This document shows, one piece after another, positions 19,661-30,592 of a DNA stretch of 64,000 bases. Below the pieces are notes generated by a model. The model ran no database searches. It was not told where the DNA came from and saw only the letters and a list, made by a program, of their open reading frames with translations. Origin of the DNA: Truepera sp. (GTDB taxonomy: Bacteria > Deinococcota > Deinococci > Deinococcales > Trueperaceae); contig CBDCKW010000009.1 of NCBI GenBank assembly GCA_965218435.1, positions 3,744,001 through 3,808,000 of the forward strand, in the 5' to 3' direction. Position 1 is the stretch's first letter. Each line of letters starts with the position of its first letter. The position numbers were made by a program, and so were the translations under genes.

Positions 19661-19910
19661 AGATCACCTGCTTTATCTGAGCTTACTCGTACGTCGTAAA
19701 CGTCATAAATAACGAAAGGGTATATATACACTATGCACATATACGACTGTGACATACAGCATAGCAGAGAGGACGCACCGGTGTGCGTAGGCTGTCACGC
19801 CTTGTGTATTTGTATAAGGCGGAGCGGTTCCAGACTGGGTTCACAGCGGTTTTTGCGATTTTTATAGCTGCTAAACGCGAATCTCATAAAGTTTGGTGAA
19901 GCTAGCGCAC

Positions 19911-22900
19911 TTACCAGGTAAAGCTGACCCCGAAGCCGACGCTGGTGTTTCGGCCCCTAGCGGCCGGGTCAAGTGAGGTGTTAAGCGCGGTGGTGTCAAG
20001 TGACGCGTCGAGGCTGATCAGCGGGGTAATCGCGTAGGAAAGCCCAAGTGAAAAGTCTGTGGCGGCGGACAAGGTACCCAGTCTGTCCGAGAAGTTGACA
20101 CCACCTGAGAGGCTGAGTTCTAAAGGTGCGGCCGTGTAGCGGAGCAAAAACTCGTTAGACAGGGCGTAGGCTTGTTCGGGATCGTCAAAGCGTCCGACTT
20201 GGACGCTGGCAAAAAGATTGTCGCTCAAGTAGCCGCCTACTTTGACCGAGACCCCGAAGTTCTTCTGACCTCCCTCAGTACCTAAAATGCTCGAGAACGC
20301 ACTCGTCCGAATCTCTAACAGGTCGGTACCGAGTACCTCGTTTAAGGCGTCTTGCAGTTCGGAAACGACGAGCAGGTCAACCGCTGTGTCGAGCGCACTT
20401 TCGGCTACGGTTCCGGCGAGGCTGTTCGCGCCCCCGACGGCGGTATCGAGTTGTAAGCGCCCGAGGGTCAAAAGTGAGACGAGTTCGGCTTCGGTGAGCG
20501 GTTGGGGGTTGCCGGTTCCCTCTTGTAGCTCTGCGTTGCTCGAGAGCGTCGGGGACAAGTCGAGCACGCGCCGACCCGACGTACTTTCTTCAAAACCACC
20601 GGTAATCTGCAAGTTGACCTGGAAGCTCGGACCGGGGGGTTCGACAAGCTCAGGCTGAGCAGTTTGCGTCGCCGGTATGCCCCCGAGGGCGCGTCCCTTA
20701 TCAAAGCTGGCGGTCGCCCCCAGCGCCAAGGTCGGATAAACGCCGCGCGCCGGGTCAAAGGTGGCGACCGCTTGGGTCAGCGAAAAGTCCTGGCCGGAAA
20801 AACGGATCGAGCCGTCAAGTGTCTGGGCCTGACCGCCTAGTAGGGGCTGCGCGGCCGTACCTGAGAGCGTCAAGTCAAGGCTCAGCTCGGCGCTGCCGAA
20901 AGCCTCGTTAAAAAGTACCTCACGGGGAGCCTGCAGCGTTACGTCATCAAAGCGGATACGGGCGAGGACCGGATTGGTCGCGCGGGGTGCGGCGCTTGGT
21001 ACGGCAGCCGGGGCTGTGATGAGGAGGTCGGCGGTGGGGTCGGTATTACCCACACTATTTGGGGCCGCACTACTTGAAGTTGTACCGGTTGAAGCTGTTA
21101 GGTTCGGGTCTAACGTGCTAAAGACTGTGCCTTGGGTCGTCGCCGGGTCAGTGACAGCCGACGCCGAGGCCGTTGACCCCAGTAGGTCCGGCGTCACCGG
21201 GGCTGCGTTAGAGGGTACGTCAGGGGCTGCGTCAGTTGGGTCAGTAGCCGGGGGTGCAGGGTTTGGGGCCGGTGCTGGTGGTTCGGCCGAACCGGTTGGC
21301 GCGCCCGCCGCCGGAGTTCCTTCGCTGCGGTTAAGTGAGAGCTGCGCCCGGTTGACAAACGCGCTACCCGAGAGCGTCAACCCGCCGCCGCCGGACTTAA
21401 GGGTCAGGTCAACGTCGGTACTGCTCGAGGCGACAAACAGCCGCCGCGCCTGGACGTCGAGGTTTTGCCCTCTAAGCTCGAGGTCGAGCGGGGTGAGGCT
21501 GCCGGACACCCGAAACGGTCGTCCGAGAACGCCCTCACTACTCAGTTGCAAACCTGTTTCGGACGGGGTGATGCGGCCCTGAAGCTGAGTGACGCGGCCG
21601 AGCGTCGGGACGGCCGCGTCACCACTAAAACGCAGGGCGAGACCGTTCGTGGCAAACGGCGCGAGGTTGAGCTGCCCGCTACCGGAGAGCTCGAGCCGCC
21701 CCTGAAGCGGCGCGACGCCTAAGAGCGACCCCTTGAGCCCGAACGCGCCGCCTGACAGCGAAGCGGTCGTCCCAACCGCGCGGTAACGGGTACCGGCGAC
21801 CTGCAGCGCCAACCGGGGGCTTGAGAGCGTGATGTCAGGCGCGGACGCGCTCCCCGACGCTCGCAGGTCTAAAGAGCCCTGTGCGCCGATGTTAAGTGCC
21901 GCGAGCGGCGGCGCGAGCCGGAGCAGCGGCGTAAAGTCGGCGTCTTGCGCCTCGAGGGTAAAGTCTAAGTTTTCCGGCGTTAACACACCCTGAGCCCGCC
22001 AAAAGCCGTCGCCCTTAAACTCGGCGCGTTCAACGTAAAGCCTACCGTTCTCAAACCGCAAGGCGACGTCGCCTTGGGTCGCCTTGCCGGTACTGTCCGG
22101 GCCGGTGCTTTGCAGGGTCAAGCGTTCGGTGGCGAGGCGCACGTACCCGGTGGCTAGGCGGCGCAGCGGCAGCTCGAAACGGGCCGCGCCCGTCACCGCC
22201 GCTTTAACCTGTGACGCGCCGACGAACGCTTCGGGCAGGGCTTGTAAGGGAAAACTCTCGAGCGTCACGAGCCCCGAGAGACTCGGCCCCCGGTCTTCAG
22301 TACCTGCTTGCTCCTTAGCGCGGTTGTAGCGGACGTTAAACCGGCTGTCGGCGACGGTCGCCCTGGCCTCGAGGCTCGTCAAGGTACCGTTAAAATCTAC
22401 TTGCGTCGGTAATTTGTTGGCGAGCACCCTGAGGTCGGGCGCAATCAGCTGACCGACGACCTGCGTCCCGCTAAACGTGGCCACGCCGCTGACCGGGGCG
22501 CTCAAATAGGGCAGCCTCGCTGAAACCTGCGGCACGTCGCCCAAGTTGAAGCGGCTGAGCCGCAGCTGCGCGCTCAGCGTCTCGGTGCCTGCAGGGGTCA
22601 ACCGCCTCAGCGCCTCCGGCAGTAGCCGCGCCCACCCCGCTGCGCCGCTGATCCTCAGGTTTCCCCCGGCGAGAGCGAGTGTCCCGTCGCCGGAAACGTC
22701 GGCGCGGCTGAGCGTCAATTGGCTGCTCAGCGTGCCGACCTCCGGACCGACGCTAAAAATCGGGACTGAACGCACCGTAAGCGTTCCCGTCGGCCCGTCG
22801 GCGCGGGTATAGCCCACCTCAGCCCGCAGGGTTCCTCGTCCGAGCGTCAGGTTGCTCTGAAGCGCAAAGTGGCCCGCGCTCGGATCAGGATCGTAGCGGG

Positions 22901-25900
22901 CGCTGAGCTGCCCCAGCTTGGCGCTCGTCAGGGCTAAGCGACCCGACGCCGCCCGAACGCGAAACGGTACGGCGTCTCTGAGCCAAGGGACAGGCGCAGC
23001 TTTGGTCCCGGACCAACGCCCGGTCAGGTCGGCCTCGAGGTTAGTCAGCGTCCCGGCCAAAGTGCTCGTTCCCGCAAGGGTCAGAGTTCCTGCGGGTGTC
23101 TGCCACCGCAGCGTTTGGGCCGTCAGCTGCGGGATAGGTTGCGCCTTAAGGACGAGGGTGCCGCTCAGCTGCTCGGCTCCCTGAAAGGTGACGCCCTTTG
23201 TCAGCACGGCGTAATCGCCTAAGTCAGCGGGTAAAACGGTGCGGAGAACGAGACCCGGCGCGGCCGGTGCGCCGACCTCGAGCACCAACTTGCGGTCCCC
23301 AGCCTCGCTAGCACGTAACGTCAGCTGCGCCGGACCTACGCCGAGCGCCAGCGCACCCGTGGACTCGAGCTGACCCCCTTGAAAGGCCAACTTTAGGGCT
23401 TGAGCCCCGTTTGTTTCGTTTCCTTTTTGTGTAGAAAGTTGGGGCGTAGAAAGCTCAAGTGCCAGCGGCCAGCCGTTCGCCTTGACGCTAACCGGCGCAC
23501 CCAACTGCGGACTCGTCACCTGAACGTCAAATGCCAGCGCCTCGCGGCCGACTGCAAAGGTGCCCTCCATAGCGTTGCCGTTTTGTGTCAGCTCGAGGTT
23601 CCCCACAAGTTTTGGTGCGGTCAGTGTCCCGCTCAGGCGGCTTGAAACCTGCGTCTGACCTTCGGGGGTCTTTTGGGTGACGTTGACCTGCCCGCGCCAA
23701 CGTTCTTGGTAACGCGCCTGCAGGTCTAACACGCCGACCGGCAGTTTCCCCCGGGCGCTCAGCGCCAGACCTTCTGAGCCGTAACGTGCGGTGAGCGGCA
23801 AAGAAAGCGAAGCTGCCGTCACGGTTCCGGTAACCCGGCCCTGCGTCCGCGTTCCCTGACCTGAAAGGGCGAGCGTGCTGCTTCCCGGCCCGGTGAGTTT
23901 TAGCTTGGTCAATGTCCACGGCAGGGTGCTCACCAAGCCAAGCTGAGCGTTCAGCGCGTCGCCGCTAAACTCGAGGGCGTTTGCCTGCCGCTTAAACGCC
24001 ACCTCGCCGAGACTGACCGGCCCGAAGGCGGCCTGCGTCAGCGTTCCGCTCAAGGTCCCTAAGGCGGCAGAGCCCGCGAGCGTCAACTTCCCTTCCAGTT
24101 GTGAGTTAAGACTCCCTAACGGCCCCGAAAGTGACAGCTGCTGCGGCCCATAAACGCCGTGCCAACCCGCTAATTTGCCGCTACCCTTGAGCTGGACTTG
24201 GCCGCCTTGCGTGGTCAGTTCGGTACGAAAGTCGCCGGAACGAAGCATTCCGGCGGCGCTGACGCCCGCGCGTGTCCGGGTCAAGGTCACGTCTGTTTTT
24301 ACGCCGAGGAGCGCCAGCGTACTGGTCAGCTCGAGCTGACCTTGGCGCGGCGTCAGGGCGGCTTGCAGCGTGCCGTCCGCACTTCCTTGACCCCGCAAGG
24401 CCGCCGTAACCGTCGGGTTGGGGACGCTGCCCGAAAGCTCGAGGTCACCGCCGAGCCGCCAGTCGGCTGCTTTCGGCCCGATATTTTGCAAACTCAGCGT
24501 GCCCGAGAGCGGCGAGTTGGCCGCTGCGCCCGTCAGATAGATAGGCCCCTCGACCCGGCCCTGCCAACCGGGAACGACGTCTTGTAACTGCACAGCTAGC
24601 GCAACCGTCCCTGAAAAGCCGTTACGAAACCGTACTCGGCTGGTCATTCGGCTCTGACCGCTGACGACCTCGAGGTCGGACTGGGCGTTCGGCGCAGCTC
24701 CCCAACGCCCGGTCGCGCGGAGTGCGCCGCTGAGGGTTGATGAGGACGTAAGCGGCAAGAGTTTACCTAACCCTAGTTGGGTCAGCGTCAACGTTGTTCT
24801 GTACCCCTCGGCGTTCGCCGACGCGACCCCGCGCAAACCGTCGCCCTTAAGCGAGAGGCTTGCCCCTTGCCGGGTCGCCTGGAGCGTGCCGTCCGCGCTC
24901 AGGGCTCCCCGTAAGTTGAGAGGTCCCGCCAGTTTCGGCGCAGTCAGGGTTCCTGAAAGCGCCAGCTCGCCCGCGACCGTCAGCGGGTCACCGAGCCATA
25001 CCGGGCTGAGTTTTTGGGCGGGCACGGACACACTCAGCGCACCGCTCACCGCCTGGTCACGCCACGGTTCGGCGCTTAAGGTCGCTGCTAAGGTGGCGAC
25101 CTGGACGTCCTGATACGCTGCTGTGCCCGTAAGCTTTAGCTGCGCTTGCCCCGCCAGCGTCAGCGTCGCTGCTGCGCTGCCCTGCCCAAACGTCGCGTCG
25201 GCGCGGCCGGAAAACCCTGCGCCCTCTTGCCACACCAGATCGCTTTGTAAAGCTACTAGAGGCCGCTTTAGCGTCCCAATCAGCCGGACGCGTTCAGGTA
25301 TGAAATTGGGGTTCAGCACCCCCCGTAAGATGAGGTCATCTTGCGTCAGTGAGACTAGATAACCGGTCTCGAGGGCGCTCAGCCGGAGCGCAATCGGCTC
25401 GCCCGCTGCCGGAACCGAGACGGTGCCGGTCAGCGCAGCTTGGGGGTCACCCCGGCCCGGTACCGTTCCTGAAAGGAAAAGTTGGTTCGTGCCGAACTGC
25501 GCGTTTAACGCCACAACCTCCAGCATCTGTCCGGCTTGGCTAGCCTGTAACGAGGCGCTTAGCGGCGTCTTTATACCCAACACGCCCGTCGGCGCTGCTA
25601 AGGTGGCGTCTAACGTGCGACTCGCTCCTGCTTGCGTGACGGTGCCGGTTAGCCGTGCGCCTCCCAAAGCCACGCGCAGCGTGCCGCCCCCCTGAGCCGG
25701 TGTATACGCGCTTTGAAAGGTGAGGGTTTGACCTTGCCAAGCCCCTTCGCCGCGCACGCTCAAGCTCTTGCCGAGGTCTAACTGCGACCTGAGCTCGAGC
25801 GGCGTCTCACTGTCTGCCACCCGCACGCTGAGCGTGTTAAGCGGCATCTCGCCCTCAACACGCACGCTCGCCCCGGCCACCGTTCCGGTCAACCCCACCC

Positions 25901-28900
25901 CGGTATCCCGGTCGGCGCTCAGCGCAAGGTCAAACGGTCGTCCGGCGGCGGTTCCCTGAGTTTTCAGATCGGCGAAATAACGCAGGCCGTTATCTGCGTT
26001 AGCTGGTCCCGTCGCCACCCGCACGTTGCCGGAAAGCGTGCCCTGAACGGGGGCAAAGGCGCTCAGCCCAACCGCGTCAAACTCGGCTTTGGCCTGGACG
26101 CGGCCCGCCTTACCCGCTACGGTAAGCGGCACCTGCTCCCCGGCAACCGTTAAGGTGGCTGCACCGTCATACCGTGTGCTGCGCCCGCTTACCGCTCCCG
26201 TCAGCGCCACCGGTAGCTCTCGGTAGGGTAGCGTCGTCTGCCCCGTCAGCTCGGCACGCCAGCTCAGGTCGGGCGACGCGGAGACGGTGGCCTCGAGCTG
26301 AGCGTCCGGCAACGCGCTGAGGTTAGGGGTCACCGCTACCTTGCCGTTTAATCCGTCTCGGCTCAGCGTCAGCGGCCCTTCTAAAATTTTTCCCTTGAGA
26401 TTAGCATCGAGAACAGGTTTGGCTAACGCCCCCCGCACCGTCCCGGTAAGGCGGTGCGGCTCGCCCCGCAAGGTAAAAGGTAGCGCCACGGTGCCGTTCC
26501 ATGCGCCGTTTTCCAGCTGGATATTAGCGCCGTCACCTTGAAGAGCGGCAGTGAGGCCGTTTTGCAACGACGCCGACAATCCAACCGCTCGAGCAGGCAA
26601 GGTAACTTGTCCCCCTAGATTCTGCGCAGCAGTCTTTATTTGGCCCCGGAGTCGGGGTTGACCCAAGCTTCCTTGCACCGCGCCCTGAAACGTCGCGGCG
26701 TCCGCGGCTTTGGCCGTCAGCGTCACGTCCAGCTCAGGTAACAGCGTCCCGGTCGCGTTAGCTTGCAGTGTGCCACGTTCAAAACCTGCGGTGAGTCGCA
26801 ACTGCTTGCCCTTACCGTGAAGCTGTGCGGTCGCGTCTCCGGCTGTCAAATTCAAAATTCCACGGTAGCCCTCAGGACTCGAGCCGAGCGTTCCCCCAAC
26901 CCGAGCATCTGTGTTTTGCAGCGCGTTTTGTAGCGCCGCCACCGGTAACTGTGCGAGTGCAACGTTGGTCGCCCGAACCGTCCAGCTGGGTTGTCCGGCT
27001 CGTGTGTCAAAACGAATGTCTAACCCGTTTCCCCGGACACTCGCTGTAATTTTGGCGCGTTGTCCGGTAGCGTTCAGCTTCAGCACCGCTTGGTTATCTC
27101 GTTCGTTATAGCGCCAGCTCGAGCGCACCTCATACCTCTGAGTCAAGGCGTCCACTTGCGCGTTAAGGCCGAGCGTTCCGAGCAGACCGGGTTGCAGCGT
27201 CTCAGCCGGAACGTCGCCGGTCACAGTAAGATTTTTGAGCGTCCCCGCCAGCTTGACGGGTGCGCCGCCGACCGACAAGGTGCCGCGAACCGTGCCTACA
27301 GGGTTTTGCGGCGTTCGGGTAAGGTCGGCGGAAAGCTCGAGCGGTTGACCGCGCAGGGTGGCGGGTTGCTCCAACCCTGCCGACAATGCCCACCCGTTTT
27401 TACCGCGCGTCGCCGTAACCCGCGACAACCCCACGTCGAGCGTCGCCCGGCCCTGCGCCAAATTACCCCTAAGTTGCCACGGCTGCGCGGGCAGCTCGAG
27501 CCCTGCCCGCGCAACCCCCGGTACGCGCCCCGACCCCTGGATGCTCAGCGCCGGGTAGCGGCCCTGCACCCGCGCCGCGCCGTACTCGCCGAGCTGTAAG
27601 GTCGCGTCGGTTTCCGGGAGCGCGGTGCCGGAGAGTGTCAGGGCTTGGCCGAGCACCTGTGACGACGCTTCGAGGGTGAGCCTGTCCCCTTGGGATTGGG
27701 CCTGGGCCTCGAGCGGGAGCCCGAACGCCGTTCCCTGTACCGCCGCCTGTCCTGAAAACTTGGCCCCTTGCCGCGCCAGCGTCGTCTGCACCGTGCCGTG
27801 TAGCGGGAGCCCGAGGGATTGACCTAACTCGCTGAGGGGCAACGTCCCTTCCGTTGACCACGACGCCAGCGAGTCGAAACGCGCCGTAAAAGCTTGCCCG
27901 CCGCTGGTCAGTTTAGCTTGAGTACGAAGTTTCCCCGACGCGTCAGGTTTAGCGGTAACGGACACGCCTACGCCGCCGAGTTTGCCTGAGAGGTCGGCCT
28001 TTTGCCCGGTCAGCGACGCGTTCCCGGATAATGTCAGCGGCTTTTCAAATGTCTGTCCGGCGAGCGTTGCGCCTTTTTCACTCTGGACCAAAAGCTTCGT
28101 CTGCTGCGCGTTGCCGGTTGCCTGAAGCGTCGTCGCGGGGCCGTTCCCGGTTGTTTTGGCGCGTAAGTCGAGCTCGAGGCTCTTACTGAGCTGCGCCGCC
28201 CGACCTTTTACGGTGCCCTTTGCTGCGAACGTTTCACCGAGCGCCCCGATACGGGCGTTGCTGAGTGTACCGGTCAGCTCACCGTTTTGAAGTGAGACGT
28301 CAACCCCGGCCTTCTTATCTTTGACCGACGCGGTGAGACCGTCTTGTTGCGTCAGCTTGACGCCCGCATTTAGGTCGGGGAGGCTGACACCTGAGCCGCG
28401 TAAGTTTTTTGTGACCAGCTGCGCCGTCGCCGAAAGCTGCCCCTGCCGGTTTCCTGACGGTCGGTTAAGTTGTCCATTTTGCACCGCGACGCTGCCCTGA
28501 GCGCGTCCGCTCAGCGGGGTAGGGGAGAGCGTATAACGCAGGTCGTTTAGAGTACCGGACACGTCAAGCGGGCCGAAATCGCCTTTTATTCCGGCAAGTG
28601 TCCCGTCTCTCAAGGTCGCTGTGGCTCTTCCGGCAAAGTTTGCTTCAGCCCTTACACCGCCCGTTGCCGGGTGAACCCCGTCGGGTCCTGTCACGCGTAA
28701 CGTCAGCGGCAGTTCGCTCAAGGAGCCGTCGGTTTTTGCAGTCACGGTTACGGGGTCGGCCAAACCGGGCAGCGTCAGCTGTGTTGCCTGCACCGTTCCG
28801 TCTAAGATGTTGCCTTTAAGTCCCGACTCTCCCGTCAGCCTCGCACCGAGAGCGTCTTGACCGGACAAGTCAACTCGCCATGCCTGAGGGTTCTTCTTTG

Positions 28901-30245
28901 CGTTGGCCCTAAGTGTGGCGCTCCGGCCGAGGACGTTGGTCTTCAGCTCGAGGTCGGTCGTCCCGGTCAGCGTGCCCCGTTGCGAGGTAAGCGCCACGTT
29001 GAAGTCTGCTTTAGTAGCCTGACCGAACTTTTGCAGCGGCAGGTTCTTCCCGTCCGCTGTCAGGGTAAAGCCTTGACCCTGTTGATGCGGTGTCAGGGCA
29101 AAGCGGAAGGGCGCACCGCCTAAAGTTGCCGTCGCTTGTACGTCCGTCCCGACTGCCGACTTAAAGCCGAAGTCAACGTTGAGCTTGCGGAGCGGTTCGC
29201 CGAGCAAGCGGCCCCGGCCGTTCGCCTGACCTGAAAGCGTAAAGGTTTGCCAGCCGCCGACGGTGAGGTCTATAGCGGCGCTGCCGGAGGGCTCGAGCAC
29301 CTTAACTACACTTTCGGGAAGCTGCCCCCGGCTCAGCCACGTCAGCGCGTCGCGCAATTTAGCGTCGCCCGTCACGTCGGCCTGCCACCGCCGCGCTCTG
29401 AGGTCTACCGTGCCGGTGCCCTCGAGCGGCCCGCCGAGCGCCCGCCCGCTCAGCTCAGTCGTGAGTTTTCGGTTTTTTAGGGTAAGGGGGCCGGACACCT
29501 GACGCAGCTCGAGCCCGACCAAATCAACTCTGCCGCCTTGCAACTTAAGGTCACCGGTCACGCCCTGCGCGTCCGCCTGCACCGTGCCCGTAACTATGCC
29601 CCCCCGCAGCCCGTCAAAATAGCTTTGAGCGAGCGCGACGTCGGCGCGCTGAACGGTTGCGTCAATCTTAAACGGGTCGAGCGCGACCGTCCCGTCAGCC
29701 TCTAACACCGCCTTTTTTACGGCGAGCGCGGTGCGAAAATCGAAGGTATCGCCGTTCTCTTTAAGCTCGAGCCGAGTGACCTTCCCGTCCGGGATAGCGA
29801 ACGGTGCGCCGGAAACGTCGAGGGCCACGTCCGCTATATTGGCCTGCTTAAGCACCGGCCGGACCCACACGCGCCGCTGCGCCGGAGTTGCGTTTGGCGT
29901 CGTCGTCGCTGGGGCCGGTGGCGCGAGTTTATTGACCTCGACACGGCCGCGCACCCCGGTAACGTCAGTTCTCAGCGGCAGTCTGCCCGTAACCAGCGCC
30001 GCTAAGGTGTAGCTGAGCTCCGCAGTCTCGGCCGTAACGTCTACTCCCGGCCCCGTAACTTTGAGGTTCTGGAGCCCTACCCGGTAGAGCAAATTACCGC
30101 TACTCGAGCTGTATAACACCGTGTACCCGGCTCGCGCCGCTAACGACGTGCCCCAGTGCAACAGGGCGTTTCTAACCGGCGGCAGACCCGGCAAGAAAAA
30201 CAGCAGTGCGAGCACCCCAAAGGCGATGAGTAGACGCTGCTTCAC
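19911..30245 (-). CDS. tamB: Giant translocation/assembly module TamB-like (AsmA/DUF490) protein, 3444 aa
   Basis: N-terminal signal anchor, long Gly/Leu/Thr-rich beta-repeat body, C-terminal DUF490-like region (LSSN..L..AELVSLL.LG, VGGYLSDNL) ending in an aromatic residue (FTW). Confidence 0.8.
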   Translation of the reverse strand: MKQRLLIAFGVLALLFFLPGLPPVRNALLHWGTSLAARAGYTVLYSSSSGNLLYRVGLQNLKVTGPGVDVTAETAELSYTLAALVTGRLPLRTDVTGVRGRVEVNKLAPPAPATTTPNATPAQRRVWVRPVLKQANIADVALDVSGAPFAIPDGKVTRLELKENGDTFDFRTALAVKKAVLEADGTVALDPFKIDATVQRADVALAQSYFDGLRGGIVTGTVQADAQGVTGDLKLQGGRVDLVGLELRQVSGPLTLKNRKLTTELSGRALGGPLEGTGTVDLRARRWQADVTGDAKLRDALTWLSRGQLPESVVKVLEPSGSAAIDLTVGGWQTFTLSGQANGRGRLLGEPLRKLNVDFGFKSAVGTDVQATATLGGAPFRFALTPHQQGQGFTLTADGKNLPLQKFGQATKADFNVALTSQRGTLTGTTDLELKTNVLGRSATLRANAKKNPQAWRVDLSGQDALGARLTGESGLKGNILDGTVQATQLTLPGLADPVTVTAKTDGSLSELPLTLRVTGPDGVHPATGGVRAEANFAGRATATLRDGTLAGIKGDFGPLDVSGTLNDLRYTLSPTPLSGRAQGSVAVQNGQLNRPSGNRQGQLSATAQLVTKNLRGSGVSLPDLNAGVKLTQQDGLTASVKDKKAGVDVSLQNGELTGTLSNARIGALGETFAAKGTVKGRAAQLSKSLELDLRAKTTGNGPATTLQATGNAQQTKLLVQSEKGATLAGQTFEKPLTLSGNASLTGQKADLSGKLGGVGVSVTAKPDASGKLRTQAKLTSGGQAFTARFDSLASWSTEGTLPLSELGQSLGLPLHGTVQTTLARQGAKFSGQAAVQGTAFGLPLEAQAQSQGDRLTLEASSQVLGQALTLSGTALPETDATLQLGEYGAARVQGRYPALSIQGSGRVPGVARAGLELPAQPWQLRGNLAQGRATLDVGLSRVTATRGKNGWALSAGLEQPATLRGQPLELSADLTRTPQNPVGTVRGTLSVGGAPVKLAGTLKNLTVTGDVPAETLQPGLLGTLGLNAQVDALTQRYEVRSSWRYNERDNQAVLKLNATGQRAKITASVRGNGLDIRFDTRAGQPSWTVRATNVALAQLPVAALQNALQNTDARVGGTLGSSPEGYRGILNLTAGDATAQLHGKGKQLRLTAGFERGTLQANATGTLLPELDVTLTAKAADAATFQGAVQGSLGQPRLRGQIKTAAQNLGGQVTLPARAVGLSASLQNGLTAALQGDGANIQLENGAWNGTVALPFTLRGEPHRLTGTVRGALAKPVLDANLKGKILEGPLTLSRDGLNGKVAVTPNLSALPDAQLEATVSASPDLSWRAELTGQTTLPYRELPVALTGAVSGRSTRYDGAATLTVAGEQVPLTVAGKAGRVQAKAEFDAVGLSAFAPVQGTLSGNVRVATGPANADNGLRYFADLKTQGTAAGRPFDLALSADRDTGVGLTGTVAGASVRVEGEMPLNTLSVRVADSETPLELRSQLDLGKSLSVRGEGAWQGQTLTFQSAYTPAQGGGTLRVALGGARLTGTVTQAGASRTLDATLAAPTGVLGIKTPLSASLQASQAGQMLEVVALNAQFGTNQLFLSGTVPGRGDPQAALTGTVSVPAAGEPIALRLSALETGYLVSLTQDDLILRGVLNPNFIPERVRLIGTLKRPLVALQSDLVWQEGAGFSGRADATFGQGSAAATLTLAGQAQLKLTGTAAYQDVQVATLAATLSAEPWRDQAVSGALSVSVPAQKLSPVWLGDPLTVAGELALSGTLTAPKLAGPLNLRGALSADGTLQATRQGASLSLKGDGLRGVASANAEGYRTTLTLTQLGLGKLLPLTSSSTLSGALRATGRWGAAPNAQSDLEVVSGQSRMTSRVRFRNGFSGTVALAVQLQDVVPGWQGRVEGPIYLTGAAANSPLSGTLSLQNIGPKAADWRLGGDLELSGSVPNPTVTAALRGQGSADGTLQAALTPRQGQLELTSTLALLGVKTDVTLTRTRAGVSAAGMLRSGDFRTELTTQGGQVQLKGSGKLAGWHGVYGPQQLSLSGPLGSLNSQLEGKLTLAGSAALGTLSGTLTQAAFGPVSLGEVAFKRQANALEFSGDALNAQLGLVSTLPWTLTKLKLTGPGSSTLALSGQGTRTQGRVTGTVTAASLSLPLTARYGSEGLALSARGKLPVGVLDLQARYQERWRGQVNVTQKTPEGQTQVSSRLSGTLTAPKLVGNLELTQNGNAMEGTFAVGREALAFDVQVTSPQLGAPVSVKANGWPLALELSTPQLSTQKGNETNGAQALKLAFQGGQLESTGALALGVGPAQLTLRASEAGDRKLVLEVGAPAAPGLVLRTVLPADLGDYAVLTKGVTFQGAEQLSGTLVLKAQPIPQLTAQTLRWQTPAGTLTLAGTSTLAGTLTNLEADLTGRWSGTKAAPVPWLRDAVPFRVRAASGRLALTSAKLGQLSARYDPDPSAGHFALQSNLTLGRGTLRAEVGYTRADGPTGTLTVRSVPIFSVGPEVGTLSSQLTLSRADVSGDGTLALAGGNLRISGAAGWARLLPEALRRLTPAGTETLSAQLRLSRFNLGDVPQVSARLPYLSAPVSGVATFSGTQVVGQLIAPDLRVLANKLPTQVDFNGTLTSLEARATVADSRFNVRYNRAKEQAGTEDRGPSLSGLVTLESFPLQALPEAFVGASQVKAAVTGAARFELPLRRLATGYVRLATERLTLQSTGPDSTGKATQGDVALRFENGRLYVERAEFKGDGFWRAQGVLTPENLDFTLEAQDADFTPLLRLAPPLAALNIGAQGSLDLRASGSASAPDITLSSPRLALQVAGTRYRAVGTTASLSGGAFGLKGSLLGVAPLQGRLELSGSGQLNLAPFATNGLALRFSGDAAVPTLGRVTQLQGRITPSETGLQLSSEGVLGRPFRVSGSLTPLDLELRGQNLDVQARRLFVASSSTDVDLTLKSGGGGLTLSGSAFVNRAQLSLNRSEGTPAAGAPTGSAEPPAPAPNPAPPATDPTDAAPDVPSNAAPVTPDLLGSTASASAVTDPATTQGTVFSTLDPNLTASTGTTSSSAAPNSVGNTDPTADLLITAPAAVPSAAPRATNPVLARIRFDDVTLQAPREVLFNEAFGSAELSLDLTLSGTAAQPLLGGQAQTLDGSIRFSGQDFSLTQAVATFDPARGVYPTLALGATASFDKGRALGGIPATQTAQPELVEPPGPSFQVNLQITGGFEESTSGRRVLDLSPTLSSNAELQEGTGNPQPLTEAELVSLLTLGRLQLDTAVGGANSLAGTVAESALDTAVDLLVVSELQDALNEVLGTDLLEIRTSAFSSILGTEGGQKNFGVSVKVGGYLSDNLFASVQVGRFDDPEQAYALSNEFLLRYTAAPLELSLSGGVNFSDRLGTLSAATDFSLGLSYAITPLISLDASLDTTALNTSLDPAARGRNTSVGFGVSFTW

Positions 30246-30493
30246 CTACGCAAGCCCGTACGATGGTCACCGGACGACGGCGTAGGTGTAAACCCAAACG
30301 CCGATCTAAAAAGTAGAAGGCGGGGTTTGCGGAGGTTTAGAGGGACGTACAAAAGCTGCGAGGTGCAAGACATGCTAATGTTGCAGCTTACCATCTTGCA
30401 GCAGGCAACTTTTATACGCCCCTACTCTTTTGATTCTAAGTACCTTAACTCACATTTAATCAAAGACTCAGGTTATAAATAAAAGGTGCAAGA

Positions 30494-30533
30494 CATTAAA
30501 AGCACAGGTCATTAAAAGCACAGGTCATTAAAA
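30494..30533. repeat. 16-bp tandem repeat (CATTAAAAGCACAGGT x2.5)
   Basis: Exact copies at 30494-30509 and 30510-30525, plus a partial CATTAAAA. Confidence 0.85.
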
Positions 30534-30592
30534 ACCAAGCTACCGCAAGCTGAGCGCAGCTGCGGCGGCGCTCGGTGCGTTAGCATAACGAA

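Noticed and set aside
20287..30012. Numerous short overlapping ORFs within tamB (and similar ones within other genes)
   Set aside because: GC-rich shadow frames with no motifs.
30494..30533. CRISPR array
   Set aside because: Units are contiguous 16-mers with no spacers, and there are no cas genes in the window.
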